From Polyangiaceae bacterium (lineage in GTDB: Bacteria; Myxococcota_A; Polyangia; Polyangiales; Polyangiaceae), in NCBI GenBank assembly GCA_044376115.1, contig JBILLK010000017.1:96001-160000 (forward strand): a DNA stretch of 64,000 nt. The letters are read 5' to 3'. Position numbers and translations under genes: made by a program. Below are positions 1 to 9,762 of this stretch, in pieces; position 1 is the first letter of the stretch, and each line of letters opens with the position of its first letter. Under the pieces are notes generated by a model. The model searched no databases, was not told where the DNA came from, and was given only the letters and a program-made list of their open reading frames with translations.

Positions 1-108
1 GGCACGAGTCCTTGACCTGGTGCCACACGCAAGTTGGGCGCAGCAACAAGACTCGAGGCCGAGCAAAAGAAGGGCCGCCGGAACTGGTCGTTCTGCTACG
101 ACTAGCGA

Positions 109-1461
109 ATGGCGCATCTTCGCCGATGGGCGTTAGCCTCGATAGCCTCGTTGCAGGCGCTCACAGGGTGCTTTCAACCAACCGTGGCTGCGCAAACTGC
201 GTCCGGGGCAGAGGCGCCTCCTTGGCTGCCGCCCTACACGAGGGAACAGCTGTCACTGCTTGAGCCACTCGGTGAAGCACCTGAACTGAGAGCCCGCCGC
301 GCCTACCCACACGAGTCTCACTTTCAATACGCGCACGATCGAACCCTCGCAGATCCGGCCGAGGCGATGCGCACGACCAAGCTCGTCACCGAGTTGGTCG
401 CTGAATCAGCCCGGACGTATTTGCTGTCGGATACTGAGCCTCAGACTGAGAACCGAATAGCACAGTACGGGCCTCCGCCTGCTGGAGAGCCGGACGCATC
501 ACGCATTGCGAGCAAGGATTTTCAGGGTCGCGTTGAGCTACGCAAAGCAGAGCTATCCAGTGAAGCGGAGGACGCGCTCGCTGACGGGCGTGCATCGTTT
601 GAACGTAAGGAGGCGACGGAGGCGATTGCGGCGTTCAAGCGGTCGGCGGACGCAGCCCCTTTCGCGCTGGAGCCGCTCATGCTGCTAGCGCAGGCACATA
701 AGCTGGGTGGGCAGCGTGCAGCTGCGGAGCAAACGCTGAGGCAAGCGCTGGAGCTGGATCGTACGTTTGCCACAACGCACCTTCACCTGGCGACCTTGCT
801 GTTCGAGAAAGGTGACACCCTCGCTGCGAAGGAGAGCCTTGCGCAAGCGCTGGCTTACCATCCAGATCTCAAGCCAGGGCTCGCGCTCGCCAATCGGATT
901 CGGGAATTGGAGGGCATCGCCGTCCCGGAGCGAATCAAGCCTTACCGCATCTTTCTCGAGGTGGATGATCTAGGCGTCGTACGCGCGGGAACTGGGCCGA
1001 CCTCCGGAGCGAGAATGTACGCCGGTTGCCGCGCCATTATGCGCTACGAGTTGGAGCTCAGGGCGGCGCTCTTCGATGAACCGGAGAGCGCTCCGTACTT
1101 CTTGAGCGCGGCCGAGGAAATGTTCTGTGTGGAAAGCGCTATTGGCGCGTACGTGGCCGAGCGAGCCATTTCGCGCGAGGCCCGGAGAGAGTTACCGCAG
1201 GATGAAACTGCGGAAGGGCTCACGGCGTTGGCGCACACCGAGGGGCTGCTTGGCTACATCATGTTCGAGGTCCTCGGAAACCAAAGGCCGGAGGTTGCCC
1301 GAAAAGCTCCTGGGTTTGTTCACCGCGCCATGGTTGCTTACGTGAAGCGCCACATCCTCGGCTACGAACCTTCTCCTGAATATGAACGTAATTACGTCGA
1401 GCGGCTCGATGCGAGCCCGCCCTCGATGATCGCGGCGCGCGGCCGGCTCGAGCGCCAATGA
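109..1461 (+). CDS. TPR-repeat lipoprotein
   Basis: Lipobox-like ALTGC after a hydrophobic N-terminus. TPR-like helices (AIAAFKRSADAAP, AEQTLRQALELDRT, AKESLAQALAYHP). ATGA overlap with the next gene. Confidence 0.75.
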   Translation: MAHLRRWALASIASLQALTGCFQPTVAAQTASGAEAPPWLPPYTREQLSLLEPLGEAPELRARRAYPHESHFQYAHDRTLADPAEAMRTTKLVTELVAESARTYLLSDTEPQTENRIAQYGPPPAGEPDASRIASKDFQGRVELRKAELSSEAEDALADGRASFERKEATEAIAAFKRSADAAPFALEPLMLLAQAHKLGGQRAAAEQTLRQALELDRTFATTHLHLATLLFEKGDTLAAKESLAQALAYHPDLKPGLALANRIRELEGIAVPERIKPYRIFLEVDDLGVVRAGTGPTSGARMYAGCRAIMRYELELRAALFDEPESAPYFLSAAEEMFCVESAIGAYVAERAISREARRELPQDETAEGLTALAHTEGLLGYIMFEVLGNQRPEVARKAPGFVHRAMVAYVKRHILGYEPSPEYERNYVERLDASPPSMIAARGRLERQ

Positions 1462-2651
1462 TTCAGCGCATTGGTTGGCGGCCTATTGGTTGCTTCAGCC
1501 TTCTTTCGCTCGGCGCACTGTTGCTTACGCCCACGTCTTCACGAGCAGCGGATAGCGAGGTAAGGGCCGCGATACCGCTGTTGTGGCGGGCATCGACGAG
1601 GTCGCCCAACCCGATAGTGGAAAAGCCCGAGGAGCCGCTCTACGCGATCTGTGGGGAGCCGGATGAGGCGTTGCAGTCAGTCGCTACAAGAAACGCCGCT
1701 AGGCAGTTGCGCGGAGAATCCTCTTTTGGCGCCGACGAGTTGGCCTTCAACCTGCGTGCAGCGGGCGCGCCGTATGTTTGGCCTCGCGCTTGGACGCTCA
1801 AAGGCAGAGAGCTGGACGCGCAGAAGGTGGCAGCGTCGCTAGCCTCCTTCGTCGATAAAACGAAGCCGCTCGGGGAGCGGCGTTGCGGTGTCGCGCGAAT
1901 GCGAGATAGCTCGGGAATCGAGCTGGTCAGTCTCGTTCTGGTCGACGCGCTCGCCGATCTTCAACGCACTCCGACCCTGGCGCGCGTTGGGGAGTGGATC
2001 ACCCTGAAGGGCACACTGGTGAGCGAGGCCTCCGACTTGACGATCGTCCTACTTGGGCCGCGCGGCAAACCTCGGACGGTGCTGGCCAACCTGACGCAGA
2101 AGGAACTCCGGACCACATTCATGGTGGACCAGCCTGGAGAATGGCTGGTTCAGGTCGTGGCCACGGTCGCGACTGGCCCTCGCCCGGTGCTCGAGTTGCC
2201 CATTCATGCAGGCACGGCACCGCCGCTGCGATTTGCCGAGACACCGGCCCCTGGTGAGGGCGCCGCCGCTCCCGATGTTGACGACGAAGCAGCCCTGACG
2301 GCGATGGTGAACGCCGCCAGAAAGGCTGAAGGCCTGAGTCCGCTAGCTCGCGACTCAAGCCTCGACAAGCTGGCTCGCGAGCACTCGGTAGTGATGAGAA
2401 ACGCTCGATTGATCGGTCATGACGTAGGCCATGGCAGCCCTGAGCAGCGACTGCACGAGGGTGGGATCAGCTTCCGCACGCCTGGAGAGAATATCGCTGG
2501 CGCCAAGAATATCGTGCGCGCCCATCGTGCACTTTGGATGAGCCCATCTCATCGTGGGAACCTGCTCGAGGAGAGATTCGGCCGGGTCGGGATTGGCGTG
2601 GTGAAGAGCGACGATGGTCGGGTGTGGGTGACTCAATTATTCACCGACTGA
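1458..2651 (+). CDS. CAP (SCP/Tpx-1) domain secreted protein
   Basis: Signal peptide. C-terminal CAP motifs VNAARKAEGL, LAREHS, GHD, GENIA, WMSPSHRGNLL, VGIGV, WVTQLF. Confidence 0.85.
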   Translation: MIQRIGWRPIGCFSLLSLGALLLTPTSSRAADSEVRAAIPLLWRASTRSPNPIVEKPEEPLYAICGEPDEALQSVATRNAARQLRGESSFGADELAFNLRAAGAPYVWPRAWTLKGRELDAQKVAASLASFVDKTKPLGERRCGVARMRDSSGIELVSLVLVDALADLQRTPTLARVGEWITLKGTLVSEASDLTIVLLGPRGKPRTVLANLTQKELRTTFMVDQPGEWLVQVVATVATGPRPVLELPIHAGTAPPLRFAETPAPGEGAAAPDVDDEAALTAMVNAARKAEGLSPLARDSSLDKLAREHSVVMRNARLIGHDVGHGSPEQRLHEGGISFRTPGENIAGAKNIVRAHRALWMSPSHRGNLLEERFGRVGIGVVKSDDGRVWVTQLFTD

Positions 2652-2655
2652 CGGG

Positions 2656-3207
2656 TCAACTCTTCGGCGACAGGAAGCTACTGCGATAGTGCGCTAGCTC
2701 GGCAATGCTCTCACGAATGTCAGCAAGGGCACGATGGCTCTCCTTCTTTCGCGGAGGCGGGGAGGCCTCTGGCCGCCAGCGGCGAGCCAACTCCTTGAGC
2801 GTGGAAACGTCGATCAAGCGATAGTGGAGATGCTCGGCGAGGCGCGGCATATAGCGCTCGATGAACTGACGATCCTTCCAGATCGAGTTGCCGCAGAGGG
2901 GCGCCGTGCGAGCCACCGTATGCTGCTTGAGAAACTCTAGGGTGGCGTCTTCTGCGGCGCGTACGTCCATCCGTGACGCGCGGATCTCGTCAATCAGGCC
3001 GCTCTCGGTATGCATCCGTTGGACGATCGGAGCCATCGCGCCAAGAGCCTCCTCTGTGGCGTGCACCACCAGATCCGGCCCTTCCGCGACGAGCTCCAAG
3101 TTGGAGTCGGTCACAATCGACGCGATCTCGACGATGGTGCACCGCTCAGGATCGAGCCCGGTCATCTCTAGATCGATCCAAACAAGGAGATCCTCGCGAA
3201 TAGTCAT
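2656..3207 (-). CDS. orn: Oligoribonuclease
   Basis: WIDLEMTGLD, LCGNSIWKDRQF, HYRLIDVSTLKELARRW, HRALADIRESIAEL: DEDDh Orn signature. Confidence 0.97.
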   Translation of the reverse strand: MTIREDLLVWIDLEMTGLDPERCTIVEIASIVTDSNLELVAEGPDLVVHATEEALGAMAPIVQRMHTESGLIDEIRASRMDVRAAEDATLEFLKQHTVARTAPLCGNSIWKDRQFIERYMPRLAEHLHYRLIDVSTLKELARRWRPEASPPPRKKESHRALADIRESIAELAHYRSSFLSPKS

Positions 3208-4589
3208 TCGATCAGGGTAATCGACTTTGCGAAGTATGTGGCAACGGCGGCGCGCGTCCCGTCAGGTGCAACCGCCACGGTATCAACCCCGATCCCCGTC
3301 TCGAGCGACGTGAGAATTTCGGGAGGTTCTCCGCCGATCACCACGACGCCTCGACCGCGAGCTGGTTCCCCGGCGGGGCCGAGACTGACGAAGAGCGTGG
3401 TTCGGTCATCCGATAGTCGCCCCCGCCGTGGCTCGTCGGGAAGCATCAACGTGGTAACGCTCGCCTTGTCGGCGGTCGAGAGCAGCGGAAGGTCGATCGT
3501 GGTTGCCGTCCTCGCGGTGACGTTGAGCGTCACCCCGTACAGATCGTCGCGCATAATGAACGCGGCGATGGGCCCCTGCCCCACGTCCACGGTATGAGCT
3601 CGGGTCTCTTCACCGACGTCCACGAGCTTCGCCGTGTTGGCGGCAAAATCAGGAAAAAGCAGCGAGCTCCCCGCGCGGGTCACCGAGCCCGCTCGCGGGT
3701 CTCGGCCAATGGCGATACTTCGCCGTGTGGCGCCGAAAGGTGACTCCTTCGGGTCGAAAAGGTCCATCCAGGCGCCGTCAGGCCGCCCCTCATTGGAGAG
3801 CGCCCCCAGCGCCGCGAGCGAGTGCCCAGCCGTGGTGTGAAGGAGAAATACCTGACTCGCCGCTTGCGGCAGCGTCATATCGTCCAAAAGCCGGCCCGAG
3901 GGCAGCGCAAAGCGCGAGAGACGATGCGACTTGCTGCCACCAACAATCACGGTGCCGTCATTTATTTCGACCAGATCCGTTGGGCCTGCGCCGACCTCGA
4001 GCAGCACTGGATCGCGATCCCAACGAGTGACGTCGAACACGGGCACCTGGGTGACAGCAGGATCGCTATTGAGGAGAGCGACGTAGCGTTCGGCGAAGCA
4101 GACCATGCGACTGCCCTTCACCGGGATTGTCGCCTTGTGCACGATCTCACCAGAGTCTACGCGGTACTCGCGGAGGGTCGCGTCGTCCGCCGAAACGTAG
4201 AGCGACTGGCCTGTCTTTGAGAAACAGAGATCGAGCGGGTGAACGTCGCCCATGCGGAGTTCACGGGCCTTCCAATCCTTCTTTGGAGGCGTTGTTAGTG
4301 GACGTCTCTCCGGAAGTGCGGGCGTTGGGGCAGCAACTTTGGGTGGCGTGGTGCTGCTCGCAGGAGCGGGATCGCCGGCCAGCGCCGTCAACGGAGGGGC
4401 GGACTCGACTACGGACTCTTGTGAGGTGACGATCACCGAAAACACGCTGGCGACCGTCGTAAACATCATGATTGCCGCGCGCGGAGTGCGTGATTTCTCG
4501 GGCTGCCAACCCTTGCAGTGCTTGCACTTGCGGGCCCCTTCGAGAATGGGGCGGCGGCAAAGCGAACAGGGCACGGAGCGTTCGCTCAT
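3204..4589 (-). CDS. Zn-ribbon + TM + YVTN-type beta-propeller membrane protein
   Basis: Start ATG 4589 overlaps the upstream stop (ATGA). CSLC..CKHC ribbon, hydrophobic segment, propeller-like repeats (EVGAGPTDL, DVGQGPIAA, VAVAPDG). Confidence 0.75.
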   Translation of the reverse strand: MSERSVPCSLCRRPILEGARKCKHCKGWQPEKSRTPRAAIMMFTTVASVFSVIVTSQESVVESAPPLTALAGDPAPASSTTPPKVAAPTPALPERRPLTTPPKKDWKARELRMGDVHPLDLCFSKTGQSLYVSADDATLREYRVDSGEIVHKATIPVKGSRMVCFAERYVALLNSDPAVTQVPVFDVTRWDRDPVLLEVGAGPTDLVEINDGTVIVGGSKSHRLSRFALPSGRLLDDMTLPQAASQVFLLHTTAGHSLAALGALSNEGRPDGAWMDLFDPKESPFGATRRSIAIGRDPRAGSVTRAGSSLLFPDFAANTAKLVDVGEETRAHTVDVGQGPIAAFIMRDDLYGVTLNVTARTATTIDLPLLSTADKASVTTLMLPDEPRRGRLSDDRTTLFVSLGPAGEPARGRGVVVIGGEPPEILTSLETGIGVDTVAVAPDGTRAAVATYFAKSITLIE

Positions 4590-6478
4590 CGAAACACCCA
4601 CGCAACCTTGCTGCGATCGCTCATGGCGATCACGGCCTCGCCGCCCGGCGAAATATCGAGACGCGTTGGAGGCTCAGTCACGGGGATCATTTCGACGCTG
4701 AAACCGTTCAAATCAACGAGCCCGATCGCGCCATCGGTCGAGCTTGCTACGGCCACCACCAACTGCTCACCGTCGGGGGAAACCACGACGTCTTGCACGG
4801 GATCACCGAACGGGATGCGCCGAACCAAGGAGGCGTCATCGAGGCTGAAGATCTCGACTGCACGACCGCGATTGCATCGCACGACGGCCCAGCGGTTCTT
4901 GCGAATCAACTCGATCTGCTCGGGCTGGTCACATGTCGTTTGCGCTTCGCCTAGCCGCACAGCGCCGGACGCAAGCATCTCCATGGGAACGAGCGCATTG
5001 TCCCGGCGCAGCACCGCAAAGCCACGCCCTCCATCCGGCGTCACGAGCACACTGGTTGGGTTGCCGACGATCGACGCACGCACGCGATCCTGACGCGTGG
5101 CGAGACGACTTGGATCAAACGCATAAACGGCGCCGAGCTGTGCGTCTCGCTGGCCTGGGACTGGAATCGCGCCGGTCGCCGTCAACGCGCGTTTCCCCGA
5201 ATCATCCACCGCGACCCGCCCGACGTGATCATCGCCGAAGCGAATCCGCTCCAACTCCACATGCAGCTCGCTCGAGAAAATCGCTACCGAGTGAAGGCCT
5301 GGGAGCGACACGAAGACCCTGCGACCGTTGGCGCCGACCGAGGCCTCGCCCGCGATGCCACCGAGCTCGAGCGTCTTTTCGTGACGGAGGGTCTGGCCAT
5401 CCAGCACGCTCACGTGTTGGGGGCCAATCGCGTAGATTGCCGACTCCGTGCGCAACAACTTCTGCGTGTGCGCCGCCTGCGTGACCAGCCCGAGGGACTG
5501 CCCCGTGCGGCTCGAGCGGATCTCGGTCCCGGCCAAGAGCGCGGTGGCGAAGCGCGAGTCGTCGATGATCAGCACGTCGCTGACGTCAGGCGGAAGGGAG
5601 AATGGACCAGCCACGCCCGGTCGTGCGGCGACGTGACCAACGTCGTTGGGTTTTTGCCAAACGCAGACGCTGGCCTGGCACGACTCGCCGTTCCAACAGC
5701 GAGCTTCACAAGGTTGTTGGGCGGCCGGAGGGCCCATCGGCGCAGCCCGTTGCTGATCAGCGAGCGAGAAGCGCCCGGGCGCCATGTAGCGCAGAGCGAT
5801 TCCGGTCATCAGCAGGCTGGCGATGCTGCCGAACATGACGAGCGGTCGCCAGTGCATCCGCAACCACGATGCGTCCTCCGCATCGTCAGGAATCGAGCCT
5901 CGCGACGCAGGCGATGAGCGGGGCGCAACAGACTCGTCGCACTCGGGACAAACGGTCGCGGTTTCTGCAATGAGCTCGCGACACACCCCGCAGCGCACCG
6001 TTTTGAGATCGGGAGCGGAGTGATGAGCAACCGCGCGGGTTCCTTCAGAGAGGGTGCGATCAAAGATCTTGCGGGCCAGAACCCAATCTTCCGTTCCAAG
6101 CGGCGCAACATGGGCCTGCCGATATTTGCCGAGCGTAACGCCTTCGCGGATCTGCGCGCCGTTGATGGGACCGAAAGACTGGCCGTGATCCGCGACTACG
6201 AAGCGCAGACGCTCCAAGGTTTCGATCGGTGCCATGAGCAGGTCAGGCGAGGTGCTGAGTACGCCATCCCCCAGGGCCGGCGGGGGTGTGAGCGGTGGAG
6301 CTGGGCTTGCCAAGGTTGCCCAGGCGCACGCGGGCAACCACAGCATGGAGTCAACCTCGCGGCAGCGAACCTCCGCCGAGAAATCGCCGGCTCGCAACGC
6401 TTCACGTAAAGCGTCGTCGCTGAGAGGCCCGGTCGTTTGTCCGGGCGCCGGTTGGACAAAAAAGAAGGTCGACAACAC
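4586..6478 (-). CDS. Tandem GYF_2-like domains + Zn-ribbon + TM + beta-propeller protein
   Basis: Two GQxxGP.....(L/I)R....G repeats each ending in W. CGVC..CPEC ribbon, TM helix, short Cys cluster, propeller repeats (VTPDG, VSPDG, ISPGG). Confidence 0.72.
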   Translation of the reverse strand: MLSTFFFVQPAPGQTTGPLSDDALREALRAGDFSAEVRCREVDSMLWLPACAWATLASPAPPLTPPPALGDGVLSTSPDLLMAPIETLERLRFVVADHGQSFGPINGAQIREGVTLGKYRQAHVAPLGTEDWVLARKIFDRTLSEGTRAVAHHSAPDLKTVRCGVCRELIAETATVCPECDESVAPRSSPASRGSIPDDAEDASWLRMHWRPLVMFGSIASLLMTGIALRYMAPGRFSLADQQRAAPMGPPAAQQPCEARCWNGESCQASVCVWQKPNDVGHVAARPGVAGPFSLPPDVSDVLIIDDSRFATALLAGTEIRSSRTGQSLGLVTQAAHTQKLLRTESAIYAIGPQHVSVLDGQTLRHEKTLELGGIAGEASVGANGRRVFVSLPGLHSVAIFSSELHVELERIRFGDDHVGRVAVDDSGKRALTATGAIPVPGQRDAQLGAVYAFDPSRLATRQDRVRASIVGNPTSVLVTPDGGRGFAVLRRDNALVPMEMLASGAVRLGEAQTTCDQPEQIELIRKNRWAVVRCNRGRAVEIFSLDDASLVRRIPFGDPVQDVVVSPDGEQLVVAVASSTDGAIGLVDLNGFSVEMIPVTEPPTRLDISPGGEAVIAMSDRSKVAWVFR

Positions 6479-6669
6479 CTACCGCCTAGCAACGCCACGC
6501 GTGAGCGTCGAGCAGCTTTGCTTTCCGAAGGAGCTGGCACCTTCAGCATTGGCGCGTTTCTCACGAGTCCAGTTGAGAAGTGACAGCGGATTTGTCCGAT
6601 CTGGATTGAACAGCACCGACAGGTGCGGTAGTAGGCCGCACGCCTACATTTCATCCCATTGGAGGACCT

Positions 6670-7590
6670 ATGTTTCACCGCTTCCTCGCCACGATTGGCT
6701 CTCTCTTCGCGCTTGGACTTGGAGCATGCGCACCCGACAGCAGCCTGGAGGACCTCGAGCAAGCGGCAGACACTGAGAGCGACCTCTCGCTCTCGTTTGT
6801 GGTGCTCAACGTCAGCAAAAACCCGGCTCCCCCGGGCCTCACGATCCTTCGAAAGAAGTCTGAGTACGTCGAGCACTTTGGAAGCCAGCCGCCGGCCGAC
6901 CTCAACTTCAACAAGAGCTGGGTACTTCACTACTCGATGGGCGTTCAAGACACCGGCGGCTACGACGTCTCGTTTACGTCGATCGCACGGGAGGGCTCGG
7001 GAGCGAACGCACGGCTCGTCGTCCAGACCGCGGAGGAAGTACCCGGGCCCAATTGTATGGTGACGATGGCCTTGTCGAACCCGCAGGTCACCGTGAAGAT
7101 CCCCAAGCAGAACAAGAGCATCGGCTTGGACCAAACGAACCTGGTTTCAGTGCGCGATTGCGGCACGGTGCAGAACTTCTGTGCGACGGCGGAGTGTGGA
7201 CCGAACCAAGTTTGCGACGAGTTTCAGGATGCGTGCGTCGAGGAGCCGTTCTGCCCCAAGGTGAAGTGTGCAAACGGCTACGTCTGCGACGAGGATGTCG
7301 ACGCTTGCGTTGGAAGGCCGTGCGAGCCCAGCGATCCGAACAGCTGTCCGGCGAACTTCGTTTGCGACAACCAGATCGCGTGCATCACGGAGCCTTGCCC
7401 AAGCGAGTTCCGTTGTGAGCCGGCTCCGGCTCCCGTCACCTGCGCGGACATCGGTTGGGTCGGAGTGTGCGAGGGGACAGTGCTCAAGTACTGCTCAAGC
7501 AACTCGAGCAACGACATGACGACGCTCGACTGTGCACCGGGGAGCTGCGAGTTCAGCCAGGACAACCAGTACTTCGACTGCGTTCAATAA
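6670..7590 (+). CDS. PrcB C-terminal-like domain lipoprotein with Cys-rich repeats
   Basis: RBS GGAGG, lipobox LGAC, PrcB_C-like NFNK...MG...TGGY...PGPNCMVTMALSNP, then repeated C-x4-C-x5-C-x6-C modules. Confidence 0.75.
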   Translation: MFHRFLATIGSLFALGLGACAPDSSLEDLEQAADTESDLSLSFVVLNVSKNPAPPGLTILRKKSEYVEHFGSQPPADLNFNKSWVLHYSMGVQDTGGYDVSFTSIAREGSGANARLVVQTAEEVPGPNCMVTMALSNPQVTVKIPKQNKSIGLDQTNLVSVRDCGTVQNFCATAECGPNQVCDEFQDACVEEPFCPKVKCANGYVCDEDVDACVGRPCEPSDPNSCPANFVCDNQIACITEPCPSEFRCEPAPAPVTCADIGWVGVCEGTVLKYCSSNSSNDMTTLDCAPGSCEFSQDNQYFDCVQ

Positions 7591-7593
7591 CGC

Positions 7594-9762
7594 TCAGTTC
7601 GTTCGCGGCAGCGACTTCGCGCAGCGGAAGCCAATCCCGTGCGCGCTCGCTGTCGCGAGTTGGTGGTAGCGGAAAGCAGGGTTGACCCAACTCTCGAACC
7701 CACCATTGAAGCCACCGCCACGAATGGCCTTCTTGTCGCCGGCAGGAGCTCCCATTGGATCGACCTGCTCCTCGGCCTGGTAGATGGCGAAGTAGTCGTT
7801 GGTCCACTCCCAAACGTTGCCGACCATGTCGTTGAGACCGAACTTGGTCACGCCCTTCGGGAAGGAGCCAACCGGCGCGGTTCCCGGGAAGCCGTCGTCT
7901 TCATCGTGCATCGCGTCTGACTTCGGTTCGATGGGCCGCGCTTTCTCCCATGCGACGCACTCTTTGCCACACGCGTTCATGTGCTTCGAGTCCGCGCCTG
8001 GGTCATCACCCCAAGGGAACTTTCTACCGTCGGAGCCGCGCGCGGCGAACTCCCACTCCGCCTCGGTAGGAAGGCGCCCGCCGTTCGCCTGGCAGTAAAG
8101 ATCTGCGAGCGCCCACGAGACGCAGTTCATCGGGTGTTTCTCGCGCCCCGGCTTCACAACGTTGTTCTCACCGATGTTGCAGAGTTCGGAGAAGATCTCT
8201 CGGTTCTTCTCGTGCTGCGCCGGCGTAATCTTGTCGCTCTTCGGATAGTCAGGGACCGTAGCTGCGCGCTTGCAATCGCCCTTGTTGACGCACGCTTGGT
8301 ACTCGGCCGCAGTCACCTCATTGATGCCGATGCAATAGGGCGAAAGCGTGACCTTGTGAGCCGGCATCCAGCGAGGAAACGAGGTGTCGTCGGAGCCCAT
8401 GAAGAACTTGCCGCCTCGAATCTCGACCATTCCGGGACCACACGACGGTGGTGGAAGGGCGGCAGAAGCGGCTGGCTCAGCTGACTCGCTGGTTGCGGGT
8501 ACCACTGCGCTGGCGGAAGAGGCGGGCGCCTTGTTGGAGTTCTTTGATAGGAGCAACACGGCCGCTGCCGCGCCACCAATCACAGCGATCGCCCCGAAGG
8601 ATGCGAGCAGCCACTTGCCCTTGCCTTGAGCGGGTGGCGTCCCAGCAACCACTGCCCCGCCTGTGCCGCCCTGCGCAAAGAGCGGGGTCGTTGGAGCGCT
8701 CGGCTGTGCGCGGCTGACAGGACCGGTCGTATCAACCGAAGGTGGCCGCGTGCCGCCGGTAGATCCGGAATACCCGCCGGACGTCATGCCGCCGGACGTC
8801 ACGGGAGACCAAAGCGGTGAGCCAGGGAAGGCAGCCCCATGAAGGTCAGCCCAAAACTGACCGGCGGTTTTGTAGCGGTCGTGGGGTGCAACCGCGAGGA
8901 CCTTGCGAAACACTCGCTCAACGTCATCGCTGACCTCCACGCCAAAGGCGCGCGGAGTGGGACGAACGCTGGTATCGCGACTCGCAACCGCAAGCTGGAT
9001 GTAGTCGTCTCCCTGGAGGGCTGGGATGCCACCGCGCAGCATCTCAACCATGATCAAGCCGAGCGAGAAGACGTCGGTCCAAGGACCGGTTGCGCCATGT
9101 GAACGACTGAACTGCTCCGGCGCCCCATAGTTCGGCGTGAAGGCGGTGATCTCTTTTCCGGTCTGGGCGAGCGACGTCGCCAGTTGTGCGTGCTCCGCCA
9201 TCACCTTGGCGATGCCAAAGTCGAGAATCTTTACGAACGCGCCCGAACCTCGTGGATCGCCGATCACAAAAAGATTCGCCGGCTTGATATCGCGATGCGC
9301 GATGTTCTGTTGATGCACGACCTCCAGTGCACTGGTCACGGGCTCGAGCAACGCCATCACGTCAAAGATCGAACGAGCGGGAAACCCGCGTTCTCGCTCT
9401 TCGTAGAGGATGCGGTCGAGCGGTCGCCCTTCGAGCCACTCGAGCACCATGAAGGGCACCTGCGCGCCAGTGCGCGGAGAGGTGAGCGACCCGACGTCAC
9501 GCGCTTGGACGATCGCCGCCGTTCGGCTGGAGAGCGCCGTCATCAGCTTGCCCTCCTGAATGAAGCCGTTGAGCAACTCTTGCCGCATCTGCGGGGGAAC
9601 GTTGGCGAGCGCGTTGAAGCACTTGAGTGCGACCGGCTGCTTCCAGATGATGTGCTCAGCGCGGTAGACGATGCTGAAGCCACCCTCACCGATCACCGAA
9701 TCGACCCGATACTTTTGGTCGACTACCGACCCGATCAATCCGAGTGCGTCTTGCCCGCTCAT
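7594..9762 (-). CDS. Ser/Thr protein kinase with TM and C-terminal FGE-sulfatase (SUMF1) domain
   Basis: IGEGGFS, VALK, HRDIKPAN, DFGIAK, APEQ. TM segment. RLPTEAEWEFAARG, DMVGNVWEW, IGFRCA. Confidence 0.93.
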   Translation of the reverse strand: MSGQDALGLIGSVVDQKYRVDSVIGEGGFSIVYRAEHIIWKQPVALKCFNALANVPPQMRQELLNGFIQEGKLMTALSSRTAAIVQARDVGSLTSPRTGAQVPFMVLEWLEGRPLDRILYEERERGFPARSIFDVMALLEPVTSALEVVHQQNIAHRDIKPANLFVIGDPRGSGAFVKILDFGIAKVMAEHAQLATSLAQTGKEITAFTPNYGAPEQFSRSHGATGPWTDVFSLGLIMVEMLRGGIPALQGDDYIQLAVASRDTSVRPTPRAFGVEVSDDVERVFRKVLAVAPHDRYKTAGQFWADLHGAAFPGSPLWSPVTSGGMTSGGYSGSTGGTRPPSVDTTGPVSRAQPSAPTTPLFAQGGTGGAVVAGTPPAQGKGKWLLASFGAIAVIGGAAAAVLLLSKNSNKAPASSASAVVPATSESAEPAASAALPPPSCGPGMVEIRGGKFFMGSDDTSFPRWMPAHKVTLSPYCIGINEVTAAEYQACVNKGDCKRAATVPDYPKSDKITPAQHEKNREIFSELCNIGENNVVKPGREKHPMNCVSWALADLYCQANGGRLPTEAEWEFAARGSDGRKFPWGDDPGADSKHMNACGKECVAWEKARPIEPKSDAMHDEDDGFPGTAPVGSFPKGVTKFGLNDMVGNVWEWTNDYFAIYQAEEQVDPMGAPAGDKKAIRGGGFNGGFESWVNPAFRYHQLATASAHGIGFRCAKSLPRTN

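Noticed and set aside
6479..6669. Several short hairpins (GCACC/GGTGC, GTAGGC/GCCTAC) suggesting a structured leader RNA
   Set aside because: The stems are only 5-6 bp and match no riboswitch I recognise. An Rfam or covariation search would be needed.
6196..7134. Long antisense/alternative-frame ORFs (also 13633-14553, 18749-19948, 35881-36750, 53773-54723)
   Set aside because: They overlap well-supported genes and have no motifs. Long shadow ORFs are expected in high-GC DNA.
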